Positions 1-12,200 of a stretch of DNA of 64,000 nt are shown piece after piece. Position numbers and translations under genes: made by a program. How positions within the stretch are numbered: the stretch's first letter is position 1; every line of letters begins with the position of its first letter. Source of the stretch: Lytechinus pictus (lineage: Eukaryota); the NCBI RefSeq assembly GCF_037042905.1, contig NC_087249.1:18786001-18850000 (forward strand). The letters are read 5' to 3'. The notes beneath the pieces were generated by a model that saw only the letters and a program-made list of their open reading frames with translations, ran no database searches and had not been told where the DNA came from.

Positions 1-45
1 ACAGATTTGGCCTGTCGCTTTACCACTAGACCACAAGCACTTGAT
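1..45 (-). mobile_element. tRNA-like / SINE 5' head cut by the window edge
   Basis: Minus strand GTGCTTGTGGTCTAGTGGTAAAGCG contains an A box; the rest lies outside the window. Confidence 0.4.
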
Positions 46-265
46 GGCAAAATATATGCTCTAAAGGCTATACCTCCTCTCTAGAGCAGTTCTATCATTT
101 CACTTCACTTTATATTTTATCAGTATCCTAGGTAAGATTCTTGTCAACTTAAGGCTCATGCGTAGTGTTATCTTCTTCTTTGCCATGGAAATCTTCAGAA
201 GTTACAATTTTAGGCTTAACTATTTTGGAATTGCACAATTTCCAATTACAGAAATGTCAACTTAC

Positions 266-3200
266 CCCTTGATGAGGATAAGTTCATCGTCTGAGACGCG
301 CTCCTGGACAACCTCCTCAGCCTGTCCCAGCATACTAGCTTCAAATGTTTCTTCACCTTCTAAATTAGCCAAGGTGACTATCAATTGCGCTACAAGGCAA
401 ATAAACAACAACATATAACTTAATTAGGAAAGTTGTTTTCACTGCATTGATAAGTAGGAAATAAGTAAGGGCGATGGCAAGTTTCAATCTCATGAAGCCA
501 CAAGCAGTCCTAAAACTTGCATTATTGAAGGATTTGGGGCGATCATCTTTTCTAAAGTTGCCAAATATCTGGCACGAGCAATATTCAAGAAAGTTTAGAA
601 AATCATTTTTTCTTAAATACAGCAGAAAAATGAGAAATGCGTTTTACAGCATAACTGCTTGTTGAGCAAGAATGTAGCCCTTGAAATGAAAGAAATGGCC
701 CCCAAATTTAGCAATTGCTCCAAGGTACTGTAAAAAATAATAACAGCCCCTAAAAAGTATTTTTTTTTAATTCCTAAATGTAACATCATTTCTACTTTCA
801 TGCTAAGATACCTTCAGAATCAATGCCCTTTTTTTTAATTTGTTATAACTGTTGATCATTACTGCTGGAAGTGAAATATTTCCTGCTATTCTTGATTTAC
901 TCTTAATACTCTGGAAATTTATGGATGAAATTCATAAGATCATAAGGAATTATCATGCACATTTACAGAAAAAAATCCTACAATTTTCTTCATGATTTTT
1001 TATATTTTTTCCTTAATGCCGGCTTGAATAAATTCCATAAATTCAAAGTTTTCAATGGAACATAATGAATAGATATATTCTTTTCATAGAATGGGTAATG
1101 ATGTTTATATCACACAACATAAGGAGTAGCTGCTCGTCTGTGACCTCACCGAGTCAAATAAAAAATAAAAAAATTTCTGTTACTCTTTGATGGATTCTTC
1201 TATGTTTCTCAAATTTGTCCTGCTTTTATCAAAAACAACTTATCGACAAAGGGAACTTCCCCTTTAACAACGTTTCTTACCTCCCGTTGACTTGGCAATC
1301 CTCTTCAGGTCCTGTTTCTTGCACCTCCTTACAGCCATCGCTCCGGCTTCTACGAAGTACTTGAGACAGAGATCATCGATACCACCGGTGGTCAGAATCA
1401 CATTGGCCCCAGCATCCAAGATTTTCTGAATCCTCTCCTTGGTGATGTCAGACTCTCTGTAAAGTTACCAGGATCATCAATAAGTTAATTTCTTCTTCAT
1501 TTTTTTTGTAAAGAAAGAATTCAACTTTTGCAAGCATAAAATCGTCACCTTCCCGGACCAAGGCCATTAGCGCGCACTTCACACTGCCATCCCGTTATCA
1601 TGCAGTGAACAGTACATGCTAACTGCCTTTGTGCGGGAAGGCGACACGCAGTCAACGCTAACGGCTCTTTCGCCATAAGGCGACACGCAGTGCGCGCTAA
1701 CGGCCTTTGTGCGGGAAGGTGACGAAATGTTACATTCCGTGAATTCAGCGGTATTATGATATCATATTGTTTGCATTAACAGTAATTCCTACAAGAAGCG
1801 AGTAGATAAGTATGGATCTTGATTTTTATGGTTTTATGGATTCATAAGTATTTTTGTTATATATAACAGAGCCAAACTAGCTTTAATCTAGCATCTGCAC
1901 AGTCATATACAATCATGACCAGTACTGTAAATGTATGGTGTACCGTTGTGCTCTTGCCCTAATATACATACATGTGAACACAACACGCTGATTCGGACAC
2001 ACAGTCCTGCATGATCACACTTCAGGTTGACCTTTTGCCATCTGGAGGAAATTGGGACAGTTTACAGTTCATTCAAGAAAGTTGCAAAGGCAAAGACAAA
2101 GAAAGTTATATTAAAAACAAATAGTCTTTTCCCTAGCTTCTAATGCTTCCCACTTTTTTATCATAACATGCTTTATGAACAAGACCCAGGCCTGCCCTCC
2201 AGCAACTACATTACCCTTGGATAGACCTTTTGCATTGATGTCATCACGTCACCACCTTAGAGGTTGAAGCCATTGCCTTGCATGCATTGGTGATCTGCAG
2301 CTGGCGCATCTCTAATAACTCCGTTTACACGTGTTCCTATATCCTCTGAGGGAGGGCGCTATGATATTATGACATCCTATGCAAAAGGTCTACTGGTATT
2401 TGCAACTTCATAAAAATCCAATCTTTGGAATCAATTTGCACCCACCTTTGACGGATGGCATCAAGTTTCTCAGGGTCGTCTACGATGACATGGATACCTA
2501 GATGCATCTTGGTCTTCTGAAGGCTGAAGTCCAGACATGCAATCTTTGCACCTGTAATTCTCTTGGTCATTGCTACCGGGGGGAGGGAATATATAAATTA
2601 AATATTTCAACATTTCAGATCTTGATAATAAAATCTGGTTGCATTTACTGATTATAAATGGGATGCAATGGATTTAAGGATAATTTTGTATTGTGTGACT
2701 CTACCGTATGAACAAGAGGGGGGATCGGGGTGGAAGCACCCCTTAAAAATATATATACATTAAGTAAAACAAAGATATAAAAAGGATTTCTAAAAATTAA
2801 GGAGAGTACTACAAAGAGAATGATGGGTTGTACAGCTACACATACATAGTGCCCCTCTTTCTGCATCAAGAAACAATGATAAACATTACACCAACTTGGC
2901 CCTTCTCCTAAATCAGATTACTCTGCCCCGCTGCCCCTAGTTAACATTAATCAGGTTTGTACACAAGATAAAGATGAGCTTACCTTGTGATGCTACAGTA
3001 CAGTTAAGAGCATATCCTGGAACAAGGACAGTTTCTTTCGAACTCTTCCCATGAGCCTTCAGGAGATTGATAGCCTTAACGGGACACTTGATGGCGCCCT
3101 TCGCATCTGTGATCTTGACGGCCTGAGCAGCCTCGTAGATCATCTCTGACCAGAACTCGGGATCCCTGAAAATAACAAATATTATGATGATTAGACTGTA

Positions 3201-6200
3201 TCAAAAGCTTTGGCTAGCTTCTTTCCTACCATTCCAAATTGTATGAAAGTGTTCTGATCATTAAAGACAAAAGTTAATTGCGGTAAGGATTTGAACATGA
3301 GTATTATGTACAGAATCCAATAAAATGACTATCCAAATGTCTGTATGTATCAAATATAATTTTAAAAAAATAGGTGCCAAAGGATTCTGGAAAAAAATTG
3401 AATTGCTGAAAAATGAGTAAAATAAGCATCGCATTCTAGCCTGATGTTGGGTCTTTTTCCAATCAATACTAATATTATCAATAACATACTGTCCCACATG
3501 TGCTTATCTGTGCTGTCAATCTTCAGTAGGATCATTTTTCAGCAAAGATTTCACAATTTTATAAACTTCAGTCTGTGTAGCTGTACCAGATTAAGATCCA
3601 TGATTAGTAGTGACAATTGTCCTTGGTTTAACCGCCTCCATGGTTTTACAGACTTTGTCATGAAATCAGTATGTTTACTGAAACTACATGTACATTTTTT
3701 TATAATAATAATAATGATAAAGATTGATTTATTAAGCGCATAATAGAAAAAGCTCTTTGCACTTTACAGTGTAAGACATGAATATTAACATAGTATAAAA
3801 AAAAGTAATTGTGTAAGAATGCAAACTAACTAAAGGGTACAAATTACTGATACACCATAAAAGTAAAACCAAGCATAATTAAATCAAAGTTAAACATAAG
3901 ACATTTGTCAATGAGGATATGTAAATATTTATTAATTACTGTAAAATCGGAATAAACCAGCGATATATGGAATTATTTCAACATGTTAAATACAAATAAT
4001 ACAAGGATTTAGGAAAGAAACAGGCAAGTTTTAAGAAAAGATTTAAAGGACTGGATCATCAGGAAGCCTGGCGGATGTAAAGAGGGATTGAATTTCAGAG
4101 TGTTGGGACTGCTACGTCAAAGGATCTTTGGCCGTAGTAGGATTGAGTTGAGTGACGTAGAACATGTAGGGAATGTTGCTCTGAAGATCTGAGTCTGTGT
4201 GGAGGAACATAGGGTGTAATCATGTTGGAGACGTAGGAGGGACTCGTTTATCTTTTAACTATTACTTGAAATACTAGACAGTTCAAAACCTACCTTCCTA
4301 TAAGCTTTGACGACATTGATGTCTTTGCGGCATTGATGATGCTCTCCTTGCCTAAATCATCTGTGCTTATTGTTAAGTGTTCCTGGATGTATCGACATGC
4401 TTCCCTTTAAACCGACAAGAAAGAAAAGAAGATTAAAACAGATCTTCAGCCGAAGGTCTAGTCAGGTGCCATAGCTCAGTTCGTAGCAGAGAAAAAAGTA
4501 CCAGGTTACTTAGCGCGATTTCGCCTACGAAATGCTCAAAAGAGCAAATAAAAAAGAGCAATAAAAAAAGGGCCTCAGAAAATGCCCAAAGGCTGAAAAG
4601 ACATATTTATCTTTCTCTCTCTCTCAATGAAATACATGTAATAGGGTATATGACTTCTATACCTAAGTCACAATTCCCCTACGGCCGCTGTACGGCAAGT
4701 CGAAAACAGTTGTTGTATCTTATTTTATTCAAACCATGCATCCATATATGTAGCTGGTACAAAAAAAAACGTTAGAACGGCTGCTTTCGACTCACCGTAT
4801 GTGACTGAGTTATCAGTCGCATCTTTTTTGTTCCTTAATATCCTGTTCTATTTTTTTCCATATCCTCTTTCTCTACTTTCTTGAGTAATTGACAAGTTTA
4901 TGGAAAATAAGACCCAGGTTTTTGAAGCCCGCCCTCTAGTGACTTACTTGCAGGCTAATCTGTATCCACTTATGATTGTTGTAGGGTGAATCTTCTGTTT
5001 GACAAGCTCATCTGCCATCTTGAGAAGCTCAGCTGCAATGATGACCTGTGTAATGTGTAGAAATAAAAATAAATAAATGTACAGTAGAAACACAAATGGC
5101 TAGCTTGTTTGGTAGAGCAATAATCATAATCTGATGACCCGGTTTTGAACGAAGTACAAGACGATATGCTTTTAGGTTGATTCAAATTAATAACTTTTTA
5201 GTTTTGCGGTTGATTCCAGAAAGAGTTCAGTTTTAGCACAACCAATATGCCAGTTACAAATGCATGTGCTTCTGATTGGGTCAAATAAAGTTTTACTTGA
5301 TTGCAATTCTTCTTGCAAACACCCCCCCCCCCTCAACCGGCCACACCCAGTCTTGTTTAATTGGAAAAGAACATTAGTTTAAGGGAAAGAGCAACGTCAA
5401 TCTGTTGCTGCACAGTGGCTGCAAGGCTCATGATCAATTTGGCAAAACAAATTTTTGGAGTATTTCTGTTTCAGATTCCAATTTCAAACAATAAAATATG
5501 GATTTTCATGGATTTTTTTCATGAATTTTAAACTCTACTTACCACTGATGTTGTTCCATCTCCAACTTCTTGGTCCTGGAGATCAGCAAGTTCTACCAAA
5601 ATCTTAGCAGCTGGATGTTCTACTTCAAGAAGTTTGAGGATGGTCGCACCATCGTTAGTTACTGTTACATCCTGTCAAAGCACAAAATGAAGATAATGAC
5701 AACAGAGGTGATGACAATTATAGGTGGTGGTGATGGTAGGGGTGCCCGTGGTGATGTTCATGGTGGTGGTTGTGGTGATGATATTGATGATGGTAGAGGT
5801 GGTGGTAGCAGACTAGCAATGGTGATGATATTGATGATGTTGATGGTCGAGATGTTGATTGTGGTGGCGGCATTTGTAATATTGGTGGTGATGGTGTTGG
5901 AAGTAACAATGAAGATCTGATGAGGTACATGTACATGTATGATGGTGGTAGAGGTGGTGGTGGTGGTGTTTATGAAGGTGATTGGAGACTAATATAGTAG
6001 CAGTAGTTGGTAGTGAGGAATATGCAGAATTTGCATGGTACCATAGACACAAGTGTACAGAACATTCTATAATCTGGGCAATTCCATAAAATGATAAATC
6101 TTTTTGTATGTCCGACCCCCATTTTTCTTAAGGTTTATTTCATTTCATAAACTGACCAAGTCATGGTCATGTACAGAGTTGCAGACTGTCAAAAGAACAA

Positions 6201-9200
6201 GAAATCAGATACAGAAAATTTCAGGTCCCACATATAGGGGGTCGGATGTACATACATGTATTATGGAATTGCCCATCTTTGAATCAGCTTTCACTTCTAA
6301 ACTTGAACAATAATTTCTTAAAGGACAAGTCCACCCCAACAAAAAGTTGATTCAAATAAAAAGAGAAAAATCCAAAAAGCATAACACTGAAAATTTCTTG
6401 AAAATTGGATGTAAAGAAAGTTATGACATTTTAAAGTTTCGCTTAATTTCACAAAACAGTTATATTCACATCCTTGTCGGTATGCAAATGAGGAGACTGA
6501 TGACATCACTCACTTACTATTTCTTTTGCATTTTATTATATGAAATATGAAAATTCAAATTTTCTCCCTGTTTTGTGAAACAACGATTAATTCCTCCCTA
6601 AGCATTGATTAATACTTTATGATTCAATCAAGTTGGTCCTTATTGTCAAATCTGTTAAAAATGAAATATTGTATAATTCAAACAATAAAAAACAAAAGAA
6701 TTAGTGAGTGATGGCCATCATCGACTGTCTCATTTGCATGTCACTGAGTTGTGCATATCACTTCTTTTGTGAAAAATAAGCGAAAATTTAAAATGTCATA
6801 ACTTTCTTATTTGACATCCTATTTTGATAAAAATTTTCAGCATAATGATTGTTTGATTTTTCTCTATTTATTCAAATCAACATTTTTCAGGGGTCGACTT
6901 GACCTTTAAACCTTCTTACATAGTTTGAAATAAAAATTGTGTTGATAAAGGGTTAAAATAATTAAATAAATGATATGTTTATGTGCAGTAGGCTTATTGG
7001 GTTTAGCAATTAAACAGCTAGCTGTAACTAGATAAATGTTGAGTTTGGTAAATTATTTAAATTACATGTAGGTACATAGCTTTGCTCACTCTAATAATCT
7101 TGTGGACATATCAACATGTCTCATAAAATACCATAGTAGATTACAAGTTTCATTTTGATTTTTAGAAAAAGAATAGACTAACTTGAGCAAAATGAAACTA
7201 TAAAACTTTAAAGTCTGTAGAAGAGTTTTATCAAATGTCATTCCACCATTTGACAAGAAACAAGCTAATTTCTTTCAAATCATGCTAAGACTGTGCATCT
7301 CATCCAACACCTTTTTAACTATAAACAGAAAGAGTTCCTTTTGCGACAGCCAACCCTAGCCCTAACCCTAGTAAATACAACATTTGAATGCATATTAATA
7401 CATGTATACATGTATATATATATATATTTTTTTATTTGGGTAGGTGGCTGTCACAAAAGCAACTCTTCCAGAGAAAACTAATTCCCAGAGTATATATATT
7501 TTGTACAACTTACCCCCACATCATCAACCAACATTTTATCCAATCCTACAGGACCAAGAGAGCTTTTGACGATGTTGGCTATTGCAGCTGCAGCCATTAC
7601 TGTTAAGGGAAAAGAAAAAAAAAATTAACATAAGTGCTATAATTCCCATATATACACACACAATTATATTTTTTAACTAGATCTAAAAAATATCATCAAT
7701 TAAATCTAGTCTAGTATTAAAGTCTACCAATTGAGCATGTTGATTTTATACAGAATTTGAGTATTCTGACAGAGTCTGAACTTCCGAAGAATTAACAGCC
7801 ATTGATCACATCTGCCGCCCTCTATATGCGTGTTGTAGCTTAGCTACTAACAAAGAGGACAAGATGGTGATGCAAACATCGGTAAGAAAATCACATCCTC
7901 TCATAATAAATTTCTGGGGTTTTTTTTACGTATATTTATATCAATAATGAATAAAAGACGGAAATGAATTTCTACCCCATTAACCTATTACCTACATGTA
8001 TTACTGGATTTACTGGAAAAATGCAGAGGTCTGCAGTCGAGTTTCCAGGTCTATCTTTCATTCAAAGTATTTGTATCTTCCTCCTCAAAGTTTGCTCGAA
8101 CAGTGTCAGTGCCCAGTGTGCATGAAGGACAGTATGGCTAATAAAAATTCTTATCCTACATGTATCATTCCCAAGGATGACAGTAGTTAGACAATTCCAC
8201 TCTGCATTCCAGAATTTATCAAGCCTGGCTTTGAAGGAGTTTACAGATGGAACAGAGACAACTTCATTAGGTAGTGAGTTCCAGTCATGAACTACTCTAA
8301 CTCTGAACGCATTTGTTCTAACATCCAATCTGCTTTTATTCTGGAAGAGTATGAAGGGATGACCTCGAGTTGCCTCAACAGCATAGATGAAAAGAACATA
8401 TCCTTTTCAAACCTGTCTATTCCATGCACTATTTTATAAGTCTGAATCATGTCACCTCTTCTCATTCTGTATTTTTAGAGGGATAGTACATGTAGTTTTA
8501 GGGCTCGAAGTCTGTCCCCATGACCATAGTCTAGCATTGCCAAGGAATTTATAAGTTTTGTTGCTCTTCTTTGTGATAATTTAGGGCTAGAACTTTTACA
8601 GAGAAAGTAGAAATCTTGGGGGTAAAAGTTTCAATTTTTCCCATCCTAGCTATACATAGATTCTACATGTAGGCACAATCTCTGGCTCCGTGGAGGGTAA
8701 GCAAATGCGAGTGAATGAGTTTTACTCTCTAGGAGCTCCCTGGCTAGTTTTAATTAGGGGACTCTATTATTTGCATCCATAAGTGACCGCTACATGTAAC
8801 TTCAGCAAACTTTAATGCCATTATTATGGATAGCCCCTCCCAGATCCCACCTCCCTAGTCCCTACCCTGGCAGAGAGGAGGCTGCAGGAATGGGGAGGGC
8901 CATTAATCAATTAGTTCTAGTCTAGATCTATTTCATTTACGTTAGAAGGTCCAAATGCTGGGACGAGTTGGGTGAAGTTAGTGACCACTTTTGTGTGCAA
9001 ATTATTTACAAATAGGGCATGTTTATGTTTCCACTTTTCAGACCAGAAATCCAGAATCACCCTTTTCATATGTGATTACCGGTAGTCCAAAACACGGTTG
9101 CATCCATGCTTACTTTCATTTAAACGACGACGTTTAACTGTAGGCTACGATAAAAAAAGATGGCAAAATGACAACAATAACAGACTGTAAGTAAATGCTT

Positions 9201-12200
9201 GTGCTCTTAATTATTTTTCGCATTTTTTTCTATTTGAATATTAAAATATGCGCACCAATAGTGCATGCGAGGGGTTAATAAAGTTTTAGCCCATTTACAT
9301 AAGTTTGGGCTCAAAACTAACCCTAAAGAAAATGAGTATTTTGGAGCAACATTGTTGTCTCCAAGATACTCCGTATGTGTGGAGCAATGGCTCCGTGGAG
9401 AGAAAGCCTACGTGAGTAGAATGATTTTTACTCTCCAGGAGCCTCCTGGCTAGTCACGATCCGACTGACTCTTCTTAGTACAGTATGGCAAGTTCCCCCT
9501 AGTCTGCGCAGTCCCCCTTGTCTGCGCACACGTGTATCTGAGCGATTCTAAGAAGATACGCAACGAACACAAACTTTACACATGCAATACATAAACAGAT
9601 ATTCATTAAAAAATCTGACTCATAATGGTGGAAAAATAATTAATTTGGGCATGTGACCTTTCCATGAGCCTTTCTCATCAAAATCCCCAAATCGTGTGCA
9701 AAGTGAATGGGTTCGCAGACATGGGGTAGTCTAGACCAAAAGCTTCGGACTCTGTTCTATTGGTTGTTCCCCTGAACTCTATTGGCTCCACTCACCAATT
9801 ACAGAGACCGAAGTTCTAACTTCTAACTTGATCTGTAAAGGGACTCAATCATGTCAATGGCCATGTTTAAATGTGGGCAAGTCCAAGAAAAGGTCACCCT
9901 AGAAGGCAAAATTTCATCTTTGATTTAAGAAGTTATCTTTGGTGGGGTAAGAAAGCCCAAATGTTGAATTTTCAAATATCATTAAGAAAATTTTGATAAC
10001 ATGCATATTTATGCTAATTTGGGGCACCTAATTTGCATAATTGGTAAAATGGGCGTTACGTATGGGACAATTATAAAAACTCATAAAATATCAAAACAAA
10101 ACTTGTGAGATTTAGTCATAGGTGGGACATGGACCCCCTAACATCTTATTGCTTTTGGGGGAAGAAAGTGGTGTCATCTAATCAAATATGCAAATTAGGT
10201 CTTGTCCAAGGATGGAATGTCCCATACAAGATGAAAACATGAAAATGAGAGATTTCCAGCTTATTCCAATTCACAGAGTTTTAATGACAAACTTTTTTTC
10301 AAAAAAATCAGCTTTTTTCTGGTCCCGTACGTCACAGCGCATATTAATTAAAATATTACATCGTTAATGGAATTGTGGATCACTAATTTTTTTACTGAAT
10401 AAAGAGGGCACAACTGGCCTTCCAAAATCCATGAAAGATTCTCTGTTGCGCATTTATTTTTTATGTTACACAACTTTAAAGTCTCTAAATGTCCCGTACG
10501 TCACAAGTCAAATAGCTTGGACCTGCCCCAATTCAAAGCATACTCCCAACACGGCCAGAGTTCATTGACCTATAAATGACCTTTGATCTTGGCCATGTTC
10601 CTGAAACGTGCACAGGGTATTCAGAGACATTGCTGCTCTTATGTCCAAGTTTCATGAACTAGGTCAATATACTTTCTAAGTTATGATGACATTTGAAAAA
10701 CTTAACCTTGGTTCAGATTTCAATGTTGACGACGACGCTGTCGCCGCTGCCGTCAGAAAAGCGGCGCCTATATAGTCTCGCTCTGCTATGCAGGCGAGAC
10801 AAAAACTCTTTTGTTATTTCCATATTTTAAATTATTCTAATTTTTGAAATTATGGGGAAAATTGTGTACGTTCTCTTATTTCTCTTGGTAGGACAACGAA
10901 AAAAACGAAACAGCATTTCTACTAAAAAGCATTATCTTGATATATTCTTTATTAATAGCATTATTGTCAAAAATATTGCTCAAAACTTACCATAAAATTT
11001 CCTTAATAGTGAAAATAAAGGCTTAAATTCTCCATAAAATGTAATGCATACAACATTTTGGCCCATCCCCATAGGCTATACTGTGTGGGCTAGTGGCGCG
11101 CGGTTTGCATGCTGTCGCCAAGCGAAAGACAAAGAAATCAAGATGGCGACGTAAACACGGCCGTAAGCTCTTCCCGTCTTTTCATAACATTTTTCTCGTT
11201 TTTTTATGAATTCTTGTTTAAAAATGAAATCAATATTGTAGAAATGTCGGAAATGAAGTTGTACCCCATGTACACAATTTAGGGCTAGATCTTTTAGAGG
11301 GAAAGTAGAAATCTCGGGGGGCGAAAGTTTCAGGTTTTGGGACGGTATGTGTAGCTGTATGGGAAGCAATTCCAGGCTTCATGGGGAGTAAGCCTACGTA
11401 TAGTAGACTGATTTTTACTCTCCAGGAGCCTCCAGGCTACATGTATGTACAAGGAGAACATTTTTTTTAATGTTAAAAAACTCGAAGCAGATGCAGGCCT
11501 CTCAATTAACTTTAATTTTTGGAAGTCAGCCGGGTACCCTGGACTGAACTTTAGGTGGTCAAATGGCAGTTTAGGTGGTCATCACATGCATATTGTATCA
11601 TGACAAATTGTAAAGTGTATCAACTCTGTATGTGTAAGTTTGCTGCGAAACACTACATTACTGGTGGAACCTTTCTGTGGATTAAAAAGGACAAACTCAA
11701 GCCTTTGTTTCAAAGGAGATTTAAAAAATTACTCATGATCCTTTTCACACCTTTGTTTACTTGACACTTGTTCATTTTTAGACTTAAAGTTAGAGGTACG
11801 TTTTAAAATGAACAAGTGTCAATGAAATTTCCTGAAATAAAAGCATGATCATGGTTATGATAAATTTATTGTCAAAACATCACATCAAGTTAACAGTCGT
11901 TGCCACGGAAAAGTTGAAGTGCACTCACTCCATAAAGTGAATAAAGTGTGATAAAATATTATCAAACCAAGACTTGTTGTCATGATTTGGTCCGTCACAT
12001 ATGTAAACTATTTTTTTCCTTTTTTTACCCCCAATACTAAATGTACTTGGATGAGGCAAAACATAAACAAGTGATCATGATTGTCGATGTCCATTTCCCA
12101 ACATCACAAAATGTGTCCTCAATCACCAAATTATACACAACAAGCTCACCACACGATGAATTTGATACTATAATGAAAGGACTTAACTTTTATTTCAAGT

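Noticed and set aside
1928-2062. H/ACA snoRNA candidate on the minus strand (two hairpins, ACATTT end)
   Set aside because: No ANANNA H box in the hinge and the pocket-to-ACA spacing is wrong; only a covariance search could rescue it.
3183-3260. C/D-box snoRNA-like ATGATGA...CTGA
   Set aside because: It is antisense to the TCP1 host transcript and overlaps the branch-point region; no recognisable rRNA guide.
5570-6052. His/Gly-rich ORFs
   Set aside because: Translations of a trinucleotide microsatellite, partly antisense to TCP1 exon 3.
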